A DNA stretch of 63,636 bases, filler included, from Reticulomyxa filosa (Eukaryota > Protista > Foraminifera), in NCBI GenBank assembly GCA_000512085.1. It is 22 parts of 22 records of this genome, joined end to end, with 100 filler letters (N's around TTAATTAATTAA, not from the genome) between each part and the next. Parts side by side here need not be neighbours in the genome. Positions count along the whole stretch, not along the records: positions 52,132 to 53,452 come from ASPP01027998.1; positions 53,553 to 55,220 come from ASPP01028928.1; positions 55,321 to 56,451 come from ASPP01011332.1; positions 56,552 to 58,997 come from ASPP01044135.1; positions 59,098 to 63,636 come from ASPP01043088.1; 17 more parts are not named here. One strand, written 5' to 3'. A program made the translations under genes and the position numbers. The notes under the pieces are model-generated. The model saw only the letters and a program-made list of their open reading frames with translations. It made no database searches and was not told where the DNA came from. Numbering within the stretch: position 1 is the stretch's first letter; every line of letters starts with the position of its first letter. Below are positions 52,500-63,636 of the stretch, one piece after another.

Positions 52500-53205
52500 C
52501 GACAATAATAACAACAAAGATAGCAATTAAATCACTTTGTTGTCTTTTGGTGGAAATGAATATAAACATACATTGGTGATGAAATATGTAAATATTTGGA
52601 GTAGTATATCGAACAAATCAAATGAATTGAATAATTACAATCAATGGGTTGATTCAACAGACAATCACAATCGTTTAATCGACATTAGAAGAGGTTATGA
52701 TGATTATTTTGGAGTGCGTGCAGTGATTGATGGAAACAACAGTCATTTATTTATCACTTATCTATTAAAGGATATTAGTTTGTTTGATTTAAATATATTT
52801 TAATTTATTAAACAATTAATAATTGGACACAATATCATTTCTTTGTATCAAAGCCAGAAAATGAATAAAGACAATGAGTGATGAAAACAAATAAAGAGAA
52901 AAATAAACAGAATTACCAAATGCTATTGTTTTGTGAAAATACAGGATTATTAATTGAATATGATGAAAATAATAACACTTTTCAATTTCATCAATTACCT
53001 GTTTGTAAAAATATTGCAATATTTAGTAATTGTGCATATGTGCGTATCAATAATATCGTTTGTTCTTTGGTGGATATAATATAACAATTTGTTTATTTAT
53101 TTGTTTTGGTCAAACACTGATTGTATTAATAATAAATAATGAACAGTCAAAAAATGAAATAAAATGTATTACTTAATATTGGATTTGAACTTTAAAGATA
53201 AGTTA
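52500..53205 (+). pseudogene. Kelch-family pseudogene
   Basis: Paralog of 3754 and 39186 with stops, frameshifts and deletions; keeps the intron end and SKNEIKCIT*YWI. Confidence 0.85.
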
Positions 53206-54029
53206 ATAAAATAAATGATATAAATATATAAATGATATAACCAATCGTTTTAAATAGAGACATTATATCCACCAAGAGTGTGTATGTTATTACTTTATCA
53301 AACTAATTACGCATTATCAATAACAATAAAAACTGAAAAATATTTCTTTTTCGTTTTCCAGTTTCTTTTCTTTGCTTTCATTATCCAAGGCTTAAACAAT
53401 CTTTAAAGCATTTTCGACAGTACTCAAAAGATGAAAAACATAACCTTTATCCNNNNNNNNNNNNNNNNNNNNNNNNNNNNNNNNNNNNNNNNNNNNTTAA
53501 TTAATTAANNNNNNNNNNNNNNNNNNNNNNNNNNNNNNNNNNNNNNNNNNNNCATACCTTTAAGAATTGCTACTGTAAAATATCCAGATAATTGCTTGTC
53601 AAACGCTCCATCTTTTTTTCCAACTTTTGAGCAAATTTTTTTTAGTCAGTTTCAGTTCATGTTTGCTGTCTTTTGCATTAGAAATTATAATCGTCAAACT
53701 TGTAGTTGTTTATGCGGTTCAGAGTATAGATATTAATCTTGGATCTCGTGTCATTTTATGTTATCTTCTATTATTTACTCGTATTATGATGTATTTCAAT
53801 TCAACTATTTTAAAAAAAGAATTTTAGTTTCGTTCAAAGAGGGAGTACCCCTTAACTAAAATCACAATATCAAAAAAATTTCTGTTTTATTTTCACACCC
53901 AGCAAGTATGTTTTGATTTACACTCCTTATAAAATTAATTTATAACTAATGAATGAACACTGATTGGTTTTTGAACTCTGGAGATCCTTTTTTTTTTATT
54001 CTAGGGCATCATAACTTTGCATGTCAGTG

Positions 54030-54330
54030 AATTGGACTTTAGGGCGATTGAAAGCACAACAAACGCATGTTCTGGATATCTTTGACGCTTGCCGCGAAGG
54101 TGATCTTGCTTGTCAATCACCTGTTGGAAGAGAATCCAAAGGATATATCACTAACGAACGAAAGTGTGATGATAAATTTGCACATATCATGCAGTTGTGG
54201 CAAGGAGAAAGCGGCAAGACAAATATTGAAGCACTATTCAAGTGATGATTTGAAAATTTGAAAGACAAAAAAAACGGCTGCAACAGTTTGCATCACGCAA
54301 TATACAAATGGTCTTGTAGTGATAAAAGAA
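54030..54330 (+). pseudogene. Possible ankyrin-repeat gene remnant
   Basis: LDIFDACREGDL ankyrin-like start; frame broken. Confidence 0.3.
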
Positions 54331-54676
54331 CTATTCTTAGTAGTTATCGTACGATGGCGGTGACAAAGCGATTGATAATACACATATGGGGACTGAATGA
54401 AACAGACGATTATGATTAGACTATCGCCAAAGTCTAGTAGCGGCCCCAATGTCATTGGAATTTGTGCAAGAGTGCGGATTTTCACACTAAAAGAATATCT
54501 TTGTTTTGTTTTTGTATGAAAAATACATACTTTGAAATACACTAAGATATATGACGTATCGCTCTAATTTTTGCAAATCCGTCCATACGTAGAATAAAGT
54601 TTTATTCGATACAGTTGACATTTCAAAAGATACACCAAAAACACACTTTTGTAGAACTCGGTGAGTACCACAGGTC

Positions 54677-54697
54677 CCCTAAGCCCTAAGCCCTAAG
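54677..54697. repeat. (CCCTAAG)3 telomere-like heptamer
   Basis: Three exact tandem copies. Confidence 0.6.
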
Positions 54698-55320
54698 CTT
54701 TAAATATAGTTCAAATAAAAATCTACTCCAAAATATGCAGAATTTACTCAGAATAAAGGTGCAAGTTCTTGCAATTAAAATTTATTTTTGGACATTAAAT
54801 TTTTTAATTTTATTTTCTATTGTTTGGTTAAATCTGTTGATAGTTACTTATTTTGTAATAGTAGTTATTAGAAATTTAACGCAGTCGGGGAACAACTTAT
54901 TTATGAAATTTATATTATTTTTTTTGAAAGTATAAAACAAAAACACGTCGAAGAACGTAATTTACTAATATTATTTATTGTTGTTTATTTGTCCCTTTTT
55001 ATCTTTTTCAACAAATGGCAAGCCATTATTGATAGTATATGTTGTTGCAAATTTGATTGAGGTGCATTTTATAAATCCTTTTTCTTCAAGAAAAATAGAA
55101 AGTAAATTGATATCATGATTGCAGCAACGTCTTTCTATAAATTCTTTTTTATTTTTTTCATATTTTTTAATATTGTTTGACTGCAGCTTCCATGTTTCAA
55201 AGATAGATAAACATGCAATANNNNNNNNNNNNNNNNNNNNNNNNNNNNNNNNNNNNNNNNNNNNTTAATTAATTAANNNNNNNNNNNNNNNNNNNNNNNN
55301 NNNNNNNNNNNNNNNNNNNN

Positions 55321-55380
<60 letters not shown>

Positions 55381-55891
55381 GTTATTATTATTATTGCTAT
55401 TATTCACAGTAGCGCTGCTGTTCTTGTTGTCGTCTTGTTTTTCGTCAAACTGGTTCGTACCACTTTTTATCACCATGGGAACAGCTGGAGGGTCGTCAGT
55501 GCTGGCATCATGACTGCTAAAGTTCGCGGAAGAACCAGGCTGTTGGACGAAGGAAGGAGGAGGAACGTTGCGGCTTGAGTCGGTAGTGTTGGTATCTGTG
55601 CTGACATTCGAAACGTCTTTTGTTATGGATCCAATGCCGGGCTTGAGTTCCGTGGATTCAATCTCGGGCACTTTATCCAATTCGTATTGTGCCGAAGGTT
55701 TATCTTTGTTTTCGCAGCCATTTAATTAAAAAAAAAAGTTATAATTGAATTGACGATGATTGGAAAACCGATATGTATAATACATGTACGTATACATATG
55801 TACATATATAAATGTTATATACCGTTGATAAGAAGACTATGATGCATAAAAGCATCCCATGGTGGCTTTGAATTGTTGTTATGGTTGTTGC

Positions 55892-55922
<31 letters not shown>

Positions 55923-56451
55923 GAACGATTCGGATTTGGAAGGCTTGACAAAATTGTGGTTATTGTGAACCACGCTATCGGAGCTTCGTTTGGTGGACGG
56001 GGCTTTATTTCTGGGTTCCACTTTGGCTTCTTCGACACGAGCAATGCGTGGGTCATTGAAGTGAGCACCGCCTTTTGCGGAAGACCGGCTTTGTTTTTTC
56101 GCAAGCTTGTTGATTGCGTTTGCATTGTGACCATGGTTGTGATTGTGATTGTGACTGTGACTGTGATTGTCGCTCTGGGGGTATGACGTGTTTCGTTTTA
56201 AGGCGCGCTTCGTCGCGGAATGTGCACCCTCTGCGTTTGCCAAAGGCCTATTTTTCGCAGCTTTGGAAGAATGTTCATTTGAGGTGCCACCGTTGATCTT
56301 TTTATGGTGATCTTCCTCCTCGGTCTCATTATCGTCCTCGTCATTGCCATCTTCGTCGCCGTTTTTGTCCTCGTATTCTTCTTCATTATACGTATCATGT
56401 TCTTCTTCTTCTTCTTCTTCTTCTTCCTCTTCCTCATCTTCTTCTTGCTCT
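55321..56451 (-). CDS. Low-complexity acidic/N-rich protein, internal fragment
   Basis: Poly-E, SH/NH repeats, poly-N; intron around 55720-55820. Confidence 0.5.
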
Positions 56452-56551
56452 NNNNNNNNNNNNNNNNNNNNNNNNNNNNNNNNNNNNNNNNNNNNTTAAT
56501 TAATTAANNNNNNNNNNNNNNNNNNNNNNNNNNNNNNNNNNNNNNNNNNNN

Positions 56552-58997
56552 TTTTTTTTTTTTTCAAATTATACGCCATTCAAAGCGCAATACAATGATC
56601 CATATCCAATTCATGCCGTCACTAAAATCGATATTTGTTCAGCGACAGGCACACATATTGTAGTGTGGCTTCATGATTCGTTATATTGAATTTCAATCAG
56701 CAACAATTTGACAATGATTTACCACATTGTTTACTTTCATGTCTGCAACCATCGATATTTGCTACAACTGTTGCTGTTGCCATTATTGCTGGCAATATAA
56801 ACAGCGACAATTGTCCATTTTCATTTGTACAATTTTAAATATCTATTAAAAAATTTCAAGTAACACATACAACATAAATAATCAATATACGTATAAAGAT
56901 GTTATGTTTAATATATAAAATACGTATATCTAATACTTTTTCAAGCAATGGGCCATCACGGTCATAACGTCATGTAACAGGAAAGAGGAATATGCGAAAC
57001 AGCAGCAAATTCTTGTGAATGTGATAAATTGAATTTTTACTGTTCGAGTGAGCGCTTCAGTTTCAATGACAATACTACCATCAATCATTCCGTTATTTGG
57101 AATCATTGAAAGGTTCGTTCCTTAGAACTACCATTTTTTGAATGGCAGCTTTGTCAACAGAAGACCATTCACTTCTTGCACCCGAGAGATTCGAACAATT
57201 CGTTCATATCCGCAGTGACAAGGTCTTTGAGAGGGAGAGGGAGGGGAGCATATAATACAATCGACTGCTGATGCTGACGTTCACATTGAAGTAATTCATT
57301 GCTTTGTTTTGTTAAATGGTGGAGCGAATTTTGACACGACATTGTTGCTTTTCGTTACAAATGACACAGTAACATTAGCTCTCTCATGCACACCAAATCA
57401 AAGTCGATGAAATATAGCAAATATTTGATCACCCAATATCAGTTCAATATCTCGAAACAAGTGACTAATGCTAATGAGTAGAATAGAATATGAACTGCGT
57501 TTCGTTGTCATCATCATCATTTTAATCATAATTGGACATTATCACACCAGTCAAGCAGCTTCTATTGAATACTCTTTTTTCTTTTCATCCACGATATTTT
57601 CCAACTACCAAGTCCATCTGATATTGTCATCGCCCTTATGATGAGGGACACATCTTGGCCTTGTCAAATGGACGTATGGCCATGGACGCGAGTATTTCGA
57701 ATAACGACCATTATCCTTCTGATCCAATGATGGATATCACCATTCTTATTGTCTTTTTCATTATTGAGCGTATTCGTTGTTGTTATTCTTTTTTTTTTTT
57801 TGTCTTTCTTGCCCCTTTTGCGTGCCATGGCTCAACTTGTTTTTTGAGTGTGCCAAAGGTCACTACGCATTTCTGAGTTTCGATACAATTAGCGCCAATT
57901 TCCACAACGATCGAGTTTCACTTGTTCGCTGGTGCCGTCTTTCTAATGCTTTGGATTTCCACTTGATATTGTCACACTCGTTCAGCAGCTTCCATTGAAT
58001 TCAATCATGCCTTTGTAATATTGGATGAATGATGACTGGAGGAATTAGCAGTTTTCTGTTGAATTGGTATGCTTTGGACATTTCTTGGAATGCTGACATG
58101 TTCGCATGTTGGCATGTTTTAATATTCCATACTCGTCTTGATCAAAGAAATGAAACACGCTCTTGAGCTTTAAATCAAAGCTGGAGTTTGTCTTTTCATT
58201 GGCATTTGTCTTTGCCTTTGTGTCATGATCAACATCTCGACATTTTTGAGACAGTTTGGATATTGCATCTTCGATATCGACTTCCTCAAAGATTCATTGT
58301 CCATTCACCTAACGATACCGAGCTCGAAGATTGTGGATATCCTCTTCGCTATTATAATTCGATAAAGTGTAATTTCAGCAATGCAATCCAAACACAAGTC
58401 GATTTGCTCACATTTTGAGCATTGGAAAAGCCAATCTCCTTTGGTGGATTTGCTCCCATGATAGTAGCAGTGGTCATTCACCATACCAACGCTTTTGTAA
58501 GCTCCTAGTAGGGCTTCGTAACTTCACATATTGGAAATTGTCGTTTCGAATATTGGAGATTCAGGTCATCGTTGCGGCGACAATCCTCGCTTTGGTGAAC
58601 ATGTAAAGTAATATATTCCTTTGTACATGCCATGGTGCCTTCACACTTATCTTCTTCGTCGTTGCGAAGTGCATGGTGCCAATGAAACGGACTGTGGTCA
58701 CCATGCCATTGATAAATTTCAGTCTCACCCAATCAAGAAACTTATTGTCGCCTTTTCCAATTCTGTCCACAAGTTCGACCAAGACAACAACGTAGCTCGA
58801 ACTCGTTCAATGCTGAAGGGTGAGCGAGTTATGCTATGTCAGTGATTCACACTGAAGTGCATTGTTTGTTCGACCTCGGAGTTTATTAATTCTCCAATCC
58901 ACACGTCGATCTCGATGGCACATATTTTTCCTTCGTCCGTACCTTCAATGTTTTTTATGTATCCATGATACCACTGTTTAATTTCAATGCTGTATTT
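56552..58997 (-). pseudogene. CAP-Gly x2 + ZZ-like zinc finger gene, decayed
   Basis: GYIKNIEGTDEGKICAIEIDVW and VRLKFINGMVTTVRFIGTMHFA (CAP-Gly-like); WLFQCSKCEQIDLCLDC; many stops and shifts. Confidence 0.55.
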
Positions 58998-59097
58998 NNN
59001 NNNNNNNNNNNNNNNNNNNNNNNNNNNNNNNNNNNNNNNNNTTAATTAATTAANNNNNNNNNNNNNNNNNNNNNNNNNNNNNNNNNNNNNNNNNNNN

Positions 59098-60530
59098 ATT
59101 TCATGACGAATTGTTAAATATTCGACCATTTGTTAGTTCGCTGCATTCTTATTATTTGCCAAATTTTATGGATTGAAAAAGCTTTATCAAGTTTTAATGA
59201 AGCCAAAAGGGCAAATAAAACATATGATGCAATGCTTTGTCTTTGCTTGTTTTGTTATCAATATCTGTACGTGTTCATATTCACTGGAAAAATGGTGCAC
59301 CTCTTCAAAGCAATACCACAAATTCTGAAGCTAAGCATTTGCCAAAAAAGCGCAAAATCCACACAGCATGGGCTGTCTGATTGCCCTTCCAACATTTGTA
59401 TTTGATCAATATATGCTAATAGCGCTCCAATTAATCCAATTCCAAGCAAAAAAACACAGGACTGACCATTGATGGTCATTCAATACAAAAGAGTTAGTAC
59501 CTTACTAACTTCGTCTAATTCGTGTTTCAGCAGAACACATAGTGGCTCTTTTCCTTTTGATCGATTCAATTGAAATGCATAAATACTCTCCACCATGGTT
59601 GGGTCAATTATGAAATATTTGCTGTTCCAAATACTCGTTAATGTTAATCTTGCCCCAAACTTCGTTCGCTCTGACAATCATTGCGTTAATCACTCCGTCT
59701 TCGGACTTGGATTCTGACTCCATTTCCAATTTTGGCTCATGCTCGGACCACATATCCAAAGACTTTTTTTTTTTTTTTGATACGCCTTGTTTGTATTGGC
59801 GTTTACTTTGTCCTTTAACAAAGTCGTGGATAGCATGAGCGAATGCGACCCAACGCTGTGTTGTCTCTGTCCCTGTGGTATCCCCCTTGTGTTGATCAAT
59901 GCTAAGTCTTTGATTAATCTTCAAGCACGCAACGTACTCCATTATTTGACCATAGCTGCATACCAGACCCACACTCTTTCAACAGCGCACACATATTGTC
60001 ATTGTCCATGTGTGGAAATAAATCATCCAACAAGTACCAAATTTCGTCCAACAGCATTTGCACTTCGCTGCCATTGAGATTGCGATTTCCCTTTTTCACT
60101 TGCACAAGACATGACTCTCCCAATAATTGTGTAATACAATAGTTATTGATACACAAAATTCGCAAGACGGCCGCTCATAACTTGGTATCTGCGGTGCTCT
60201 GTCTATGTTGTTTATGCTATTTGTATTGTTTATTCGCGTTATCTTCATCTTGTTCGCAAATACGAGGTGATGAGTTTGTACAATATCCATCCTTTCCTTC
60301 TTCTTTTTGATTTTTCTCAATACTAAAACATTCATAGTGACAAAAGAGATGAACGAGGGCTTTCTATTGTGATAAAGTTTGTTTTATTACCTTTTTCTGA
60401 TTGCTTCTTTTCAACAACGTTACTGAGGCCTGGCCTCTGGTTGTTCGGTTGTGATGAAGTTTTGGACGGAAGAGATGTGTTATTGGCTTGGGTTGTTTCC
60501 ATCATCCTGTTCAGTTGGAATTGGGAGGGA
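59098..60530 (-). pseudogene. Fragmented hypothetical gene
   Basis: Series of short coding-like minus-strand ORFs with frameshifts; family not recognised. Confidence 0.35.
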
Positions 60531-60674
60531 GAGATGATGGCTTTTTGGTAGTAGTATAAGCATTGACTCTTTTTTTTTTTTTTCTGATACTTTCGCAGTT
60601 GCACTTTCAGTTCCACCCTTGTTCTTGCGGCAGTGCCCATAATTCCTTATTTCACTTTGGCCACAGGCATTCAA

Positions 60675-60869
60675 CAATTTTCTCCAGACGGTCATATAAT
60701 TGTGTCGTGTTCTAATGATGCAATGATCCGGATATGGAATGTGGTGTCAGGAAGAGAAATACAAAAGTTGGGAGGACATGCAAATGCAATAGAAAGCGTG
60801 CAATTCTCAAAAAATGGTGACACCATCGTGTCCTCGTCTTGGGACGAAACTGTTAGAGTTTGGGAATAG
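60675..60869 (+). pseudogene. WD40 repeat fragment (~1.5 repeats)
   Basis: QFSPDGHIIVSCSNDAMIRIWN...GHANAIESVQFSKNGDTIVSSSWDETVRVWE*. Confidence 0.85.
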
Positions 60870-60904
60870 TGCTCTCTTGTGAAATTACATAATTATTTGC
60901 AAGA

Positions 60905-63050
60905 ATGCCTTTATTGTATAACAATACCATTTCCAATAAAGATCCATCAGGATCAGGCTTATTGTATTTTTGGAAATTATTGCATTCGTCACAACCTCAA
61001 ATTGTTCCAATTCATCAAATGATGTTATTTATGCATTGTAAAGCAGACACTGATAGTTCATTTCTTTCATCACAACTTCGAACTTGTCATAAATCACTTG
61101 CCCATTCATTCAAACCATGGATCATTTCTTGGATTCATTTTAATAAAGACAAAGATTATGCTTATGACTATATTTTTCGTGTTATTGACAGACCATTGAA
61201 TAAAATGATGAAATCGCATTTACCTAATTTTCAATATATTTTGCATCATCCAGATATCCACTTGTATATCATTGATCAAATTAAGATAATTCAAACACAA
61301 TTCAATACGCTTGATGATAAGATATTAATAAATGATCGATTGAATTTATTACAGTATTTTTTATTTCAACAGAAACTTCAAATGTTGTTGTCCAATGTTA
61401 TAAACAAGTTTTTAAGAGAGATATTTGGATGTGTGCAAACCTAAATGAACAACAATTAGATGATGTTATTGAATTTTTCATGGATAGACTTGTTGACAAA
61501 GATAAAGATATTCATGAAGAGTGTGCATTATCAATTGCAAAAATAGCACTGAAATTGAATGAGAGACAATTGAATAAAGTGTTTGAATGTTTGATGAATG
61601 ACTTTGAGAGTGAAAAAATTACAATTTGTGATAAATGTGCACGCGCACTTGCAACGATTTCATCACAATTGGGAGGAAAACAGTTGGATAATGCATCACA
61701 ATGTTTCATTCATAGGTTTCCTTCATATTTTTATAATGATTATTATAATGATTATTATGAAACAAATGCGACTCAATTTCTAATGAAATTGAAAGAAGAA
61801 CAATTAGGTGATGTCTTTCAATGTTTGATTGATCGATTATCCGATGAAAAGGAAGCTGAAAATAAGCGTATAAAATGCGCAAAATTACTTGGAAAATTCT
61901 CAATGAAATGGAATGAAAAACAATTGAATGATGCTTTCAATTCTTTAAAAGACATGTCCAATAAAGATGATGATTGGAAGTATAGAGAATCACTTGGGAC
62001 AATTACAGTAAAATTGTCTGGGAAACAATTCGATAATGCTTTTAATTATTTCATTAGTAGATCCAACCGTGAAAAGGGACATAGATATTGTGATCTACTT
62101 TACAGAATTGCACAGAGATTGGATGAAAAACAAATGAACATTGCACTTAATTATATATTCACTGATAAAAATGATAGTGCACATGTGCGTGGAGAATATG
62201 TAGAATTACTTGAGACAATTGCAGCGAATCTAAATGGAAAACATTTCGATGATGCTTTTCAATATTTCACAAACGGATTAAAAGATAGTTATAGGACTGT
62301 TCGAAATTCATGTGCAAAATCACTTGTAACACTTTCAAAGAAATGGAATGATAAACAATTGGATATTGCTGTTCAATGTTTGATTGATGGATTTCAAAAT
62401 ATAAATGGATATCATTGTGATACATTTGTATATTTACTTGAAGGAATTGCAATGAAATTGAATGAAACACAAATCGATTCTGTTTTCACATGTTTGATCA
62501 ATGGACTCAAAGGCAACAATGAAAAGAATCGAAAATTGTATACAGAATCTATTAGATATGTTTCAATCAAATTAAATAAAAAGCAATTGGATGATGTTTT
62601 CAAATGTTTGAATGATGAACAATTGGATAGAGTTTTCAGTTCTTTTATTCATGGGTTAAAAGATACAATAAATGGGATCGTGAATCATGTGCAAAATTAC
62701 TTGGTATAATTGCAATAAAAGCAAGCATCGAACACTTTTTACAGTTGTTTCTCGCTTTGATGAGTGGATTAAAAGATAATAATAAAAATGTTCGTGAATC
62801 ATGTGCAAAATCCCTTGAAGTAATTTCAAAAAAAATTGGATGAGAAACAACTGAAAATAGTTGTCAACGTTTTGATGAGTGGATTAAAATATGGAAATAG
62901 CTGTATTCGTATATTATGTGCAAAATCACTTGGAGTAGTTTCAGAGAAATTGGATGAGAAACAACTGGAAGATGCAATTAATACTTTGATCGATGAATTG
63001 AAAGATGAAGAAGATTATAGTCGTGAATTATGTGCAAAATCATTTGGAGC
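60905..63050 (+). pseudogene. HEAT-repeat protein (frameshifted)
   Basis: Repeats of LNEKQLDDVFxCLIxGLKDxxxxVRxSCAKSL across ORFs 61429, 62700s and 62836; several shifts. Confidence 0.85.
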
Positions 63051-63636
63051 ACTTTGGCTGTGTGGATGGTACTGGTAACTACTGTCGTCATGAGCACATG
63101 TCCGTCGGATGACTCTTGCATTGAGTGCAATCAAGTGCAAAACTGTTCGATAGAAGACTGGCTGCGTGTGATGATGCCAGCAAACGGACACAGCGTGGAT
63201 ACACACAACGAGGAGTTGTTAGTGGAGAATGAACTGAAAGAGTTGACGAATACGACCACGCTCACATATCACGTAGTGTTCTACAACAATACATTAAGTT
63301 ATACTTGCGACATTAACACATGGCGCGCTCGAACACAAACAAGTTGTTTGAGTTTTCGCAAGGCTTTATTCTAGTCATGCATTTTCAGATGGAGTTAGTA
63401 CTTTTTCCGATCCGGAAGTATACGTTAATCAAAGTGATATGACAACTATCTACGTATACGGACGAAAGAACACCCCTGGACAAATGACCTTTATGACCTT
63501 TGTCAATGCACCGACGTAGTACATTTTCGAGGTCACTCAAAATGAGTTCAATTGCAATTATATCATTTGGGATGACACATCAAATCTTGCTTACTTATAA
63601 CTTCACAAGAACCATCCGTGCCTGGACCGCACCGTC
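63050..63636 (+). pseudogene. Secreted Cys-rich protein remnant abutting the HEAT gene
   Basis: Hydrophobic LAVWMVLVTTVVMS, then CPSDDSCIECNQVQNCS and N-glycosylation sequons; higher GC; stops downstream. Confidence 0.45.

Noticed and set aside
2670-59097. Regularly repeated TTAATTAATTAA as a biological repeat or array
   Set aside because: Always centred in N44 flanks; artificial six-frame-stop linker
1-63636. tRNA or rRNA genes
   Set aside because: No cloverleaf/T-loop or rRNA signatures recognised by eye; no scan was run

Overview
AT-rich, intron-containing eukaryotic DNA. It is not contiguous: 22 short contigs are joined by 21 artificial 100-nt linkers (N44-TTAATTAATTAA-N44), so adjacency across a linker means nothing. 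The gene families (expanded Kelch, WD40, HEAT, PUB and 7TM-RGS families with many pseudogenes) look like those of the foraminiferan Reticulomyxa filosa; this is recognition-based inference, not a search result. Recognisable genes: a mitochondrial bL25-like ribosomal protein, a canonical Pumilio, an LRR-TM receptor, MEMO1, a CAMK kinase, an SLC25A39/40 carrier, an NAA60-like acetyltransferase ending in CaaX, a SAM + degenerate ABCG protein, a HUWE1-like N-terminus and a 7TM-RGS. Mobile DNA: Tc1 elements (one nested) and pieces of an APE-RT-RNaseH LINE. Most notable signals: (1) introns that begin with a poly-T tract and end in poly-A-AG with no polypyrimidine tract, plus one palindromic microsatellite intron, suggesting fold-back-assisted splicing; (2) a ~35-aa exon module shared between Kelch C-termini and WD40 N-termini that also bridges a Kelch-WD40 fusion; (3) a SAM-ABCG pseudo-ATPase; (4) extreme-AT coding islands with an A-to-T skew switch. 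All homology calls are by eye.
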